Source: Chiloscyllium plagiosum (lineage: Eukaryota). From it: DNA of 64,000 nt. The stretch lies in assembly GCF_004010195.1 (NCBI RefSeq), contig NC_057751.1:1959305-2023304 (forward strand), in the 5' to 3' direction. Within the stretch, counting starts at the first letter, position 1; every line of letters starts with the position of its first letter. Made by a program: the position numbers and the translations under genes. A model generated the notes under the pieces. That model had not been told where the DNA came from. It saw only the letters and a list, made by a program, of their open reading frames with translations, and did not search any database. This document shows, piece by piece, positions 52,850 through 64,000 of this stretch.

Positions 52850-53069
52850 GTTGAAAACTGTTGCACTGGAAAAGCACAACAGGTTAGGCAGCATCCAAGA
52901 AGCAGGAAAATTGACATTTTGGGCATAAGCCCTTCATCAGGAACATTGCTGATGAAGGGCGTATGCCTGAAACATCGATCCTCCTCCTCCTCGGATGCTG
53001 CCTATCTTGCTGTGCTTTTCTTGCACTTTTCGAATCTGACTCTTCAGTATCTGCTGTCCTCACTTTCTC
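52850..53069. mobile_element. Fold-back PLE tail (family A) with two oppositely oriented hammerhead cores
   Basis: 15-bp TSD ctattctatgttcct (52835-49 and 53070-84); centre gggcataagcccttcatcag-gaacattg-ctgatgaagggcgtatgcctgaaacatc. Confidence 0.85.
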
Positions 53070-53654
53070 CTATTCTATGTTCCTCGTGACTTGACATTCA
53101 ATGAGTACACCCTTGTTTTGTTACTTCTTTCAAAATCCATCACCTTGCATTTTCAGAGTGAAAATCCATGCACTGCTGATCTGTCAATCTAATCAAACTG
53201 TCTGTGTCTTCTTTAACCAAAGACCACCTTCCTGACTGTCAGCCACCTGGCCAATGTTTGTGTCATCTGTAAACTTACTTCCCATTCCCCTTCCATATTC
53301 CTATTGATATTGTTTATATGAATCACAAACAATAACGGGCCCAGCACTGATCCCTATTGCTTGTCACTAGACATCAGCCTTCAGTCACACAAACAGCCAT
53401 GTACCACCACCCTCCATCTTACCACTGAGCCAATTTGGATCCATCTTGTCAAGTTACCTGGATCCCACGTGATTTTACCTCCTTCATCAGTCTCCCATGC
53501 GGGATCTTGTCAAAGGCTTTGCTAAAATTTGTATAACTGCATCAACTGCTTCACCGTCAACCACACACCTGGCCACCTCTTCGAAAAACTTCCTTGATTG
53601 AATTAGATAGACATGACCTTCCTCTGACAAAGCCATGCTGACCTCCTAATCAGG

Positions 53655-53788
53655 AGGTTGGTTAACTTCGACAGCTGGTCTACAAACCAATGATGCCAAA
53701 ATTATCTATTCGATTCCTGTATTGACTGAGGTTCTCAACCTTTCCCTTCACTTGAGTTGTGGTGACCCTCAGGTAAAACCAGTACCAG

Positions 53789-53829
<41 letters not shown>

Positions 53830-53860
53830 TGGTCATTTGAGACCATAGTGACTTTACTTT
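53655..53860 (+). mobile_element. SINE-like insert containing a (CT)n microsatellite (about 53793-53826)
   Basis: B-box-like ttcgattcc; tail gactttacttt; interrupts the CR1. Confidence 0.55.
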
Positions 53861-54464
53861 TCCCTGCGTAAACCTTGCCTCTCCAAATGGAGATTAATTC
53901 TTTCCTTCAAAATTTTCTCCAATAGTTTCCCTACTATTGACATGAGACTTGCTGGTCCATGGTCTACGCCTACCACCTTTTGAAAAAGAGCAACCACATT
54001 CACTGTCCTCCAATTCTCTGGCACTTCCCCTGTGGCCAGAAAGGAATTAGAAGTTTGGGTCAGATCCCCTGTAATTCTTTCTCTTGCCTCCCAAACTAAT
54101 GTAAGACACAATTCATTCAGATTTGTCTACTTATTGGGCAGCAAAAATCTCCACACTGCCTTCATCTCAACGTCAGGCTGCTCAAGACATGTTTTCAGCC
54201 CAACCACACAACAGAATTTCTTCATGCTCCTTGGTGATTGCTTTTGTATCTTCCACTCAATCATTTCATTTTGCCTGTTGGAATGAGATTCTTCTCAGTG
54301 TGAGGTCTGTGGGCTCACTTCCATAAGGAAATGTTTGAATTCAACAACTTCAGTTGAGTCCAATTGGGTTCCTCACAGCCAACACACATTAGTGTGGGTG
54401 TGATCAGAGAGTTACTGAATCTCAAGTTTCATGTTGACCTCGCTCCTTGTGTATCTTCTCTGCA

Positions 54465-54598
54465 GTCATAACATTGTACTCCTCGCTCTGTTCTATTACC
54501 CTTATGCACTTTACATAGTACGATCCATCTGTACTACACATGCAATAAAACTTTTCACTGTATCTTGGTACATGTGGCAGTAATCAAATCAAATCAAA
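54465..54598 (+). mobile_element. LINE/SINE 3' tail with (atcaa)n
   Basis: cttttcactgtatcttggtacatgtg...aatcaaatcaaatcaaa. Confidence 0.5.
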
Positions 54599-54711
54599 GA
54601 TGTCCAAAGACTGTTTTTTGACACCGCTGGACCATTTAATCCCACATTACAATTCATACAGTGAACAAAAAATGTGCACATACCGAGCATCCTGTGAAAT
54701 ATTTCAACTGA

Positions 54712-56307
54712 AATATGGTTACTAAAAATGTTCAAGCTCTGGTCAAGAGGATGAAGAAGGCTATTGTGAAGATGAAGAGTGAAGGTTCAGTTCGGAGAAT
54801 TGAGTGTTATAAGTTAGCCAGAAAAGATCTAAAGAGAGGGCTAAGAGGAGCCAGAAGGGGACATGAGAAACTGTTGGCGAATAGGATCAAGGAAAACCCT
54901 AAGGCCTTCTATAGGTATAAGAATGATGAGACTAAGATTAGGGCCAATCAAAGAGAGTAGTAGAAAGGTGTGTGTGGAATCTGAGGACATGGGGAAATGC
55001 TTAATGAATACTTTTTGTCAGTATTCACATTGGAAAAGGGCAGTGTTAGTGAGAATACAGAAATACAAGCTACAAGATTAGATGGGATGGAGGTTGACAA
55101 AGAGGAGGTTTTAGCAATTTTGGAAGATTTGAAAATAGATAAGACCCCTGGGCTGGATAGGATTTATCCTCGGATTCTCTGGGAAGCCAGGGAGGAGATT
55201 GCAGAGCTATTGGCATTGATCTTTATGTCATCATTGTCGACAGGAGTAGTGCCAGAAGACTGGAGGAGAGCAAATGTTGTTCCCTTGTTTAAGAAGGGGA
55301 GTCGGAATAATCCTGGTAATTGCAGGCCAGTGAGCCTTATTTCGGGTTGTAGGTAAGGTGATTGAAAAGGTTATAAGAGATAGGNNNNNNNNNNNNNNNN
55401 NNNNNNNNNNNNNNNNNNNNNNNNNNNNNNNNNNNNNNNNNNNNNNNNNNNNNNNNNNNNNNNNNNNNNNNNNNNNNNNNNNNNNNNNNNNNNNNNNNNN
55501 NNNNNNNNNNNNNNNNNNNNNNNNNNNNNNNNNNNNNNNNNNNNNNNNNNNNNNNNNNNNNNNNNNNNNNNNNNNNNNNNNNNNNNNNNNNNNNNNNNNN
55601 NNNNNNNNNNNNNNNNNNNNNNNNNNNNNNNNNNNNNNNNNNNNNNNNNNNNNNNNNNNNNNNNNNNNNNNNNNNNNNNNNNNNNNNNNNNNNNNNNNNN
55701 NNNNNNNNNNNNNNNNNNNNNNNNNNNNNNNNNNNNNNNNNNNNNNNNNNNNNNNNNNNNNNNNNNNNNNNNNNNNNNNNNNNNNNNNNNNNNNNNNNNN
55801 NNNNNNNNNNNNNNNNNNNNNNNNNNNNNNNNNNNNNNNNNNNNNNNNNNNNNNNNNNNNNNNNNNNNNNNNNNNNNNNNNNNNAAGGTCTTATGATGAA
55901 AGGCTGAGGGAACTGATGCTGTTTTTGTTGGAGAGAAAAAGATTGAGAGGTGACCAAATTGAGATGTATAAGATAATCAGAGGGTTAGATAGGGTGGACA
56001 GTGAGAGCTTTTTCCTCGGATGATGAAGGCTAACACGAGGGGACATAGCTTTAAATTGAGGGGTGATAAATTTACGACAGATATCAGGGGTAGTTTCTAC
56101 ACTCAGTATTAGGGGCGTGGTAGGGCGTGCCTGCAACAGTAGTAGACTCGCCGACATTAAGGGCATTTAAATAGGCATTGGACATACATATGGATAATAA
56201 TGGAACGGTGTAGGTTAGATGGGCATCAGATTATGTTCCCAGGTTATGGCAACATTGAGGGCTGAAGGGCCTGTACTGTGCTGTAACTTTCTGTGTTCTG
56301 TGTTCCA
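54712..56307 (+). mobile_element. CR1 LINE ORF2 spanning a gap
   Basis: IKENPKAFYRY, LNEYFLSVFTLE, DKTPGLDRIYPRILWE, PEDWRRANVVPLFKKG, RPVSL; 3' UTR present. Confidence 0.94.
55385..55884. other. Assembly gap (N run)
   Basis: Ns. Confidence 1.
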
Positions 56308-56709
56308 TATTCTGTGAAAAACACAATCCCCTTTGTGCAATTCCTCTTAAATTTGTGTCCAGTCATTTCAGGTCAAGACTCGCTGTGTACAAGTGTTTTT
56401 TCTCGTCTTTTCTCTGGTTCATTTGACACATTAACTGGTCATTCATCTCTCACTGATTGTGCACTCAGGGATAATCAGCTTTCACTGCATGATAGAAGTG
56501 ACTAACACTTCAAAGGCAATTGGCAGCATTTGAAGTGTGTCGAGACAATTCCTAAGGATACAGTGAAGTATTTTGTAAATTCTTGTATTAAATTTGTGAT
56601 TCCCTTTACTCAGAGATCGGAAGTGTCTCCAAGCATACGTGCTGGGTACATGTTGGGATTGCAGATATTTCTGCATAGCCATCAAATGAGAAGAATTCCC
56701 TTTTATAAA

Positions 56710-57225
56710 GTTTGTTTATGGGAAGTACCATTGCTAGCTTGGCCAACATTTATTTTCCATTCCTAGCTGCACAGAGGTCATTTAAACAGTCACTAAAATG
56801 AAATAAAGAACTGTGGATGCTGGAAATCTGAAACAAAATCAGATGCTGCTGCAGAAACTCAGCATCGGTGGAGATAAAGCACAGTTAACGTTTCGAGTCC
56901 AGTGACCCTTTATCAGAACTCGACCACACCTGCTGAGTTACTCCAGAAATTTCTGTTTTTGTTTCAGTCAAGAGTCAATCTCATTGTTGTGGTCTGGAGT
57001 CACATGGTTGCCACACCAGGTAAAAATGACAGATTTCTAACCCTAAAGTCTCATGATGAACCAGATGGAATTTTACGGTGAAGCACAGTGGTTACATGGG
57101 CACCATTTGGCTAGCTTTTTAGTTCTATTGAATTCAGATTTCACCAGTGACTGAGGTGGAATTCAAATCCATGTCTCAGGAGCATTTGTCTGGGGTTCTG
57201 GATTTTTATTTCAATTATGTTACTG
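56710..57225 (-). mobile_element. Decayed tRNA-derived SINE split by a PLE tail
   Basis: Same family as 57942-58260. Confidence 0.65.
56795..56968. mobile_element. Fold-back PLE tail (family D) with hammerhead motif on the minus strand
   Basis: Arms ctgaaacaaaatcaga...aactcagca and tgctgagtt...tctgtttttgtttcag. Minus strand agtt CTGATaA a GGGTC actg GACTC GAAA CGTT aact (about 56883-56920). Confidence 0.78.
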
Positions 57226-57447
57226 TCAAAACAGGAAGCTCATTTTTGCTGTAAGTTGTGTAATATTCCCAGTATGAATGGTTTTAATATAGCCTCTGCC
57301 CTATTCTGGAAGGTTTACCATGCTTGCTTTTTCCCCTACCTCTTTCCTTTCTGAAGTTTAATCTGAACACAAGGCTTTCAGCTACGAAGGAGGATGGTTT
57401 GATATTATCTCACATCATTTATCATTATTCCCCCCTTGTTGATTCAA

Positions 57448-57570
57448 TGATGTGGAGGTGCAGGATTAGGGTGGACAAAGTTAAAAATCACACAACACCG
57501 GGTTAGAGTTTAATAAGTTTATTTGAAAACACAAGCTTTCGGAGCACCTGCTTCTTCCTCAGGCAGCTAA
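57448..57570 (-). mobile_element. PLE tail (family C)
   Basis: Minus strand cCTGAGGAagaagcaggtgctccGAAAGCTT. Confidence 0.72.
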
Positions 57571-57941
57571 CTATGTTGTGTGATGTATGACTTTGTGAAT
57601 TCAAGTGATTGCTGCAAGGTCCAGTGTTTCTTGTCTTCCTTGACTGCAGATCTCTCACATCGATGAAGCCAGGGGGTGGGAGCTCGAGCACGTGTTCCTG
57701 TGCACCTGATTTTCACCAGTCCACAGTGTAATGGGTTTTAAAAAACCTCCTCAGTTTGTTTAATTCTTCATCTGACCCAGATAGACTCTTAAAAGAAGCC
57801 ATCTGTTACACTTTAAAGTGTTTTTGAACCTCAGTTTGTTTCTGTAGCCCCATCTGTTCTTGCTCTTGTGGTTTTACACCAGCTTCAGCTGAGAAGAGTT
57901 CCAAAATACTTTGTCTTCTTCAATTTCTCCTTATGAGCGTT

Positions 57942-58260
57942 TTCTTACTCATTCACAGGATGAGAACAATGCTGGCCGGGCTGGCATTTATTGCATCCCA
58001 GAGGGCAGTTAAGGGTAAACCACATTGCTGTGGGCCTGGACTTACACGTAGGCCAGTTTCCTTCCCGAAAGGACATAAGTGAACCAGGTGGGTTTTTCCA
58101 ACAGTCAACAATGGATTTATTGGTATCATCAGACTCTGAACTCTAGATTTTTTAAATTGAATTCAAATTCCACCATTTGCCATGATGGGATTCAAAACCT
58201 AGACCCAGTATTTGGGTCACTGGATGAATAGGCCAGCAATAAAACTACTAGTCCATCGCC
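57942..58260 (-). mobile_element. tRNA-derived SINE
   Basis: Minus-strand head ggcgatggactagtag...ggttttgaatccc; tail ...aataaatgccagcc...tgaatgag. Confidence 0.7.
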
Positions 58261-58267
58261 AAGTATA

Positions 58268-58925
58268 TAAAGATAGAAAGCGTAGAAGACAGGAGCAGGA
58301 ACAGGCCATGGGATCATGGCTGATCATCCAACTCAGTACCGTGTTCCTTCTGTAGCCCCATACCACTTGATCCCTTTAGCCCAAAGAATTATGTTTAACT
58401 CTTTCTCGAAATCATTCAATGTATTGACCTCATTTTCCATTTCCTCTGGAAGAGAATTCCACTGGTTCACAGCTGTCTGGGTGAAGACATTTCTCCTCAC
58501 CTAAGTCTGAAATGGTCTACCTAGTATCCTTAGATTGTAATCCCCGTTTCTGGACTCCCTGGTCATCATGAAGAGCCATTCTGCATTTACCCTGTTATGT
58601 CCTGTTAGAATATAGAGGTATCTTTGAGTTTCACACTTGTTCTTCTGAACTCCACTAAATATAGTCCTTTGCTACACTCCCACCACAGTCAGAACATCTC
58701 ACCAAGAGAACACACAATATTCCAGGTGTGGTCTCTATACAATTACAGCAAGACATTCCTGTTGCCATACTCAATTTGCTTGCTATGAAAGCCAAATCCT
58801 GTGCTTGCTTTCAGCAAGTGGTGTGCAAAGACACCAGGTCTCGATGCATTTCCTCATCTATGACCACTAAGATAATAAACTGCCTTTGCACATTTGCCAC
58901 CAAAGTGATCATATTATGTCCATCT
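58268..58925 (-). mobile_element. Decayed CR1-type LINE 3' portion
   Basis: aggagcaggaacaggcc tail; RPHLEYCV remnant on the minus strand at about 58712-58735. Confidence 0.75.
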
Positions 58926-59139
58926 GAGGAGGGGCAGATTGACTCTCCTCTTTTTAACCCGCCTCAATTGGCTTTTAGCAATTTCTTTTAGCAAAAATTA
59001 ATATTGCAGTTCAATTAAAACATGGTTCTAGTCAAAATTAGGTCGCCAGTTAAAAGATTTTCTTGGGAGAAAAGAAGAATTGTATTACTTACCAACTCCA
59101 AGAAAAGTAAAATGTGGAATCTCAGTATTTTTTAACCAA

Positions 59140-60600
59140 GTAAAATTACATCGGGTTTGGTGGAACAAATCTTGTCTCAAGGCCAAGCGAGTTTTCTCAC
59201 CATGGCCATACTAAACTTATCATTTTAATTGTTCTCATGGCGAAAATCACACCTTTTTTCTGCCTTACTTTACCACGTGCCTTTCCTGGAACGACTCACT
59301 ACTCCTGGAATTAATTGGCGTCCCTGGCACCAGCGCCATGTTTAAGAGGCAGTTATAGACCTGGACAAGCACTGTTAGTCTGGAGATGCTCTGCATAGAT
59401 TAGATTACTTACAGTGTGGAAACAGGCCCTTCGGCCCAACAAGTCCACACCGACCCGCCGAAGCGCACCCACCCAGCAGCGCCATGTTTAAGAGGCAGTT
59501 ATAGACCTGGACAAGCACTGTCAGTCTGGAGATGCTCTGCATAGCTCCTGACATTTGTCCTTAAAGTGACAAACAGGAGGAAATCCTCATCCTACCTTGC
59601 AGGGGTAATCTTGGACATCCTTCTGGATGGGGTGGTGCACTGGTGGAATCACTTCTTTCCCCAAGGCCAGCCTGACATGAGGTTGCTATTCATGTTGAAG
59701 CACTTTCAACCATCTGGAGAAATGTCCAGCAATGCTGGAAGAAGGTCCTTCATCACTCTGCCAACCATTTCTCGGTCGTACCTCATACTCGCTCAACGTC
59801 TGCCACTGTACTCACATCTGACCAAGGCTCATGCTCCACCACTCTCAGTCATGCATGTAATGTGTTCTCCAATCTCGCTCACCCACCCCAAATCCTGACA
59901 GCACGAACCCTGCATGCCTTGTGCACTGCCCATTCACTCATTCAGGACACATGCCAACCTGAGCCATCAGTGATAGTTGGACCACCCTCCATCTTCCATA
60001 TTCCCTGCCTCTCTCTCATTCCACAGTACGGCAGAAACAGTCAAGACAAGTGGCATCTATCTACCATTCAGCTTCTCACCTGTTCTCAGCAAGGGATCCT
60101 GACTCTGACTGTCCTGAACGGGGCCTGAATTGATGTTGAAGGTTGTGCTTGACTTACTATGTGAGGATCCCCTGGGCAAAAGTTAACCCTTATGACTGGA
60201 CTGAGGCTTGCTGACAACTGTGGCAGGCTTCTTGACTTTGTGTGTGCTTCAAATGGCAGCACAATTAACATGAAACATATACCTCTAGATGATGGGATAA
60301 AACACAAAAATGCAAGCAAATCTGTGACACTGCAAGGATGCCAGAAGACTCGAAGTGAGTGAGCACTATAACAGGAAGCAAAAAGCCCAGAGATGCAACC
60401 TAGTCCAATCTATGAGCTGAGTGCGTGTCTGAGTTCAGGGTGTCCTTGCTGCACACTTACAATGACACTTGGGGTTCGTGCAGCTCAAGGCGGAAGCACT
60501 AAAGTTCAGAAGCATTCTATCAGTAGATCAACAATGTACCAAGAGGGTTCACTGAAGCTGGAAGTTGTTAATGTTGTGGATGCTGGATGGACGTGAATGG
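59140..60600 (+). mobile_element. Possible decayed PIF/Harbinger-type DNA transposon (Myb/SANT-like ORF remnant)
   Basis: NRRKSSSYLAGVILDILLDGVVHWWNHFFPQ loosely resembles Harbinger Myb-like N-termini (F...LE.LLD.V....LFP); no TIRs defined. Confidence 0.35.
59399..59476 (-). mobile_element. 78-bp V-SINE 3' tail between 68-bp direct repeats
   Basis: Repeats at 59331-59398 and 59477-59544 (1 mismatch); insert attagattacttacagtgtggaaacaggcccttcggccc resembles the tail at about 6676-6745. Confidence 0.85.
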
Positions 60601-61134
60601 AGACTTTGGAACATGCCCAAGATATTGTTACCGAGTGTCCAACATGTAGATCTTTTGGAATAACAGTTAGCCAGTCCAGGAATATGCTGTGGTTTCCATG
60701 TTGAATTTTTCCAAAGGTTAGTTTTAATGGTGAGCTTGGTAAGATCTTTGGTGAGTTGGACTGTTAATAAGCCATTTATCAAACAATAACGGAAGTCAAG
60801 TGGGAACTGACCACTCCCTGATGAGAATCTAGCTAGGTGCTTGAGTAAATTGCGGAAATTGGTATAATACAACCTCAACATCAAGATGACCATTTTGGCT
60901 GATTCTACCACTTATCTTGCCATAGCCCATGTTGCTTAAATCCTGCTAAGCTTCTGCTCAACAAAATTTATATTCCAGACATAAACATACACCTACTCAC
61001 CAAGGCATAAAGTTTAGAAAGGGAGAACATTGAATACAGAAAGAAATATCAAGAATAGGCAGTTTCAAAGCAAGGTCCTTCGTATCTTTGAGATGTTAGG
61101 TTTTAACCTAAGACCTAGGTTGTTGAACTGATTT

Positions 61135-61323
61135 CATGAATGAACTGCCACAGGGTGTGGTGGAGCTGGTACAATTAAATCCTATAAGAGGCATCTGTAT
61201 GGATATATGAATAGGAAGGGTTGAGAGGGATCTGGGATGGGACTAAATTAATTTAGGATATCTGGTCAGCGTGGATAAGTTGGAGCGAAGAGTCTGTTTC
61301 TATGTTGTCCATCTCTATGACTC
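61135..61323 (+). mobile_element. Short CR1 3' end
   Basis: tgaatgaactgcca...catctctatgactc. Confidence 0.8.
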
Positions 61324-61889
61324 GATGCCATTGGCAGTGGCAAAATCTACAGGCTCATTTTAGTTTTCAGGGAATAGTTCTTCCTCCAATTTACTTTTAT
61401 TACTGTTTTTTGACAGCCTGAGAGAAAATACACGGACAGAGAAAATCTTCAAGTGCTACCATTAAGAATCTATCTTTCTTCACTCTGATCTTCCCCAAAA
61501 ACTTGTCTGAAGTACAGCTTCTTTGTGTATTCCTGTGTCTGGTTTCACTTTTTTTTAACTATGCTGGCTTATGTGCCAGCAGCCTTCATCTCAAAACTGA
61601 CAGAAAATAATTCATTGAACACGTGACACAGATCTGATTTCAATGCTTTGTTTTAAAATGTCAATTTTATTTCAGACTATTTATTATTTATTGATGATTT
61701 CATGAGCTTGGTCCAAACTACCACGTGATCAGTTGTCTCAATGATTGCTTTTTCAGTTTTAAAACTCATTTTAGTCCATCAAAGGGTCCAGGAATTAAAA
61801 TGGAAGTTTAAAAAAAAGTCAATTTTAACCAATATCAGAAGAGTATTAATGCTTCATTGATCACAAAGGTTTTGGCAGAGACTCCTGAC

Positions 61890-61963
61890 GGTGCGCCAAA
61901 CTACTACCGCGCCTCCCTTGTCAGCTGGTTTGATGGTGAGCATCTGCAGACCTCACTTTCTCC
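61890..61963 (+). mobile_element. 74-bp chimeric insert ending in a PLE family A terminus, between 103-bp direct repeats
   Basis: Repeats at 61787-61889 and 61964-62066 (2 differences); insert ends gcatctgcagacctcactttctcc. Confidence 0.82.
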
Positions 61964-62419
61964 TCCAGGAATTAAAATGCAAGTTTTAAAAAAAGTCAAT
62001 TTTAACCAATATCAGAAGAGTATTAATGCTTCATTGATCACAAAGGTTTTGGCAGAGACTCCTGACATTTTCAGAAATTATGGGGAAATTGATCTGTGAG
62101 GTATTATGATGTTCTTAGGACAGAAAGTCATGTTTCCAGCCAGAGAACTTAGAATTAGAACTGCAAGAGGTATTAAGTATGGATTCTTTGTTTTTTTTCT
62201 TCCTTACAGGCTCCCTCTCTTGATACGTGTGTGTTTGGTAGTCTCAAGTGCACAAATTGTACAATATAATTTTCAATACACTGCAGATGAACCCTTCCCA
62301 CCTCTTTGCTGTCTCTCCTGCATGAAGAACTTTGCTCTTTTCTTAAATGCACTCTCTTTCATCAGGTGTATGATTTTAACATTGATCAAAATTCTCCATT
62401 CAATTTATTTTTCAATCTC

Positions 62420-62840
62420 AGAATGATCCTGGATACACTACATCCACAGAGGACATTTAGCCCATTGCGCCTGTGCCAACTCTCACAAATAGCTCTGCAA
62501 ATAGTCCCATTTCACCCCAGTTCTTTTCTGCAATTTACTATTTCTTTCTAAGCATCTACCCAAGTCCCTTTTGAAAGTAAGTGTTCAATCTGTTCAACCC
62601 TTTCAGACAGTGCATTACAGATTACAACAAGTTGCTGGGCAAGAAAAAAAAAATCAACTCATCTCATCTCTCTTTCTTTTGCAAATGATCTGTTTTTTCA
62701 GATTACAGGCCCTCCTGCCACTGGAAACAGTTCTCCCAATCCACATTATGAAACCTTTCATCATTATGAACACATTAAATCTACCTCTTTAGTTTTTTCA
62801 ATGAGCTTACTTCTCCAATCTTTACACATAAAGCAAGCTT
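62420..62840 (-). mobile_element. Old CR1-type 3' end
   Basis: aggacatttagcccatt tail-like start; decayed body. Confidence 0.5.
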
Positions 62841-64000
62841 CCTCTTCTCTGATACAATTTAAAAGAGTGGAAGTTACCAAATTACAAAATTCACCCTTGT
62901 GAAAATGTGGTGTTAAGCATTGAACATAGTGGTTTAGGGACGTTACATACTTGAGGCTTTGGGGGTGGAATACGGTGACCACTGAACAGCTTGTGCATCC
63001 CTCATTGTGCAGGAATGAATTAAGTCCTTTTTTTAAACGTGAATTCTTTGTTTAGCTTTTGCTAGTTTAGCTCTTTGGCACGACAGATTGAATCTCCAGC
63101 CCAGACATATGCAAATATCATGTCTAATGAAGTGAAAAACTGACAATCGACAAAATCAAATTGGATGATTGCAGGAAGGTGAAACTCCATGTTGTACGGT
63201 CACATGGGGGAAAGTCAACAGTGTTAGACTCAGATTATTCTGTAAAATTGATCTTAATGTTGGACTATATGATTATATCTCTGAGTCCCTTGAGACTCTT
63301 GAGCAATAAGAGTTAAATGAAGACAACTTGTCTTTCATTTCAGTCTTTGTCAATCAACTGATTATTAACAAGTCACTATTTAAAATCAGATAGATAATTG
63401 AATGTGAAATATTAGCATGAATGAATGAAAAGGGTACATTCCATTATTCTTAGTTGTTTCATTGGAATGTTCAAATTCTCCCGATGTATTTTTGTTCATG
63501 GGTTTTGAGGGCTGCTGGTGAGCCCAGCATTTATTGCCTGTCTGCAATTACCCTTGAGGAAGTGACAGTGAGCTGACTTCATTGAGAGTCCAAGTCAGGA
63601 TGGTGTGCAATGTGGAAGGAACGTTCACAAACATACAAAATATTTTGACAAAGACTGGTAATGTAAACAGGATTCCAAAAGAACTCTTTAGTATGCATTA
63701 CCTCATGATCAACACTGCTCCAAGCGATATATCACATGCTCAATTCAATATTCAGCTGGAGGTGAAACACTATGTTAAATGACATATTGCAACATTATAA
63801 CAGGGACATTCTCATGTGTTTGCTGCTATTATCCTTCAAGATGGTAATAACTGTGCATTTAGCAAAGAACATAGAGCTCTGCTGGCTGGCTTTCCATCTT
63901 CTACTCGACATCAATTTATGTCTATCCAAAACTACTACTGTTCATATCCATACTTGATCAAAGTCCCATTCACCCATTGACATTCTGCTTGCTAATCTAT

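Larger units (their letters stand above)
50735..54130 (-). mobile_element. CR1 LINE (minus strand) broken by several nested insertions
   Basis: Pieces at about 50735-51495, 53085-53650 and 53860-54130 (ATGEVPENWRTVNVVALFQK). Confidence 0.82.

Noticed and set aside
60549..60911. 120-aa minus-strand ORF (also 13485-13811 and 62106-62426)
   Set aside because: No recognisable domain or splice context; length is compatible with chance.
24339..62066. Repeat-spacer-repeat units as a CRISPR-like array
   Set aside because: Only two repeats per locus, unrelated between loci, and the spacers are retroposon tails; eukaryotic context with no cas genes.

Overview
Repeat-rich eukaryotic DNA, almost certainly from a cartilaginous fish (shark-type CR1/HER1-like LINEs and HE1-like V-SINEs; inference). 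The only host coding sequence I can support is one 84-bp internal exon (20370-20453, +) of a GDNF-family receptor alpha gene (GFRA2-like, GFRA1 not excluded). The rest of the window therefore appears to be two very large introns. These hold decayed CR1, Rex1/Babar, Tx1/L1 and Gypsy elements, solo LTRs, SINEs and many Penelope-like element (PLE) 3' ends. Four different PLE-tail families carry the same minimal hammerhead-ribozyme core with co-varying stems, and they often occur as short TSD-flanked fold-back hairpins. Three tiny retroposon tails sit between unusually long direct duplications (46, 68 and 103 bp). One Rex1-type LINE has an internally inverted middle with a 134-bp inverted duplication. 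There are three assembly gaps. Most ORFs in the ORF track are transposon remnants or noise. Repeat boundaries are approximate unless a TSD is quoted.
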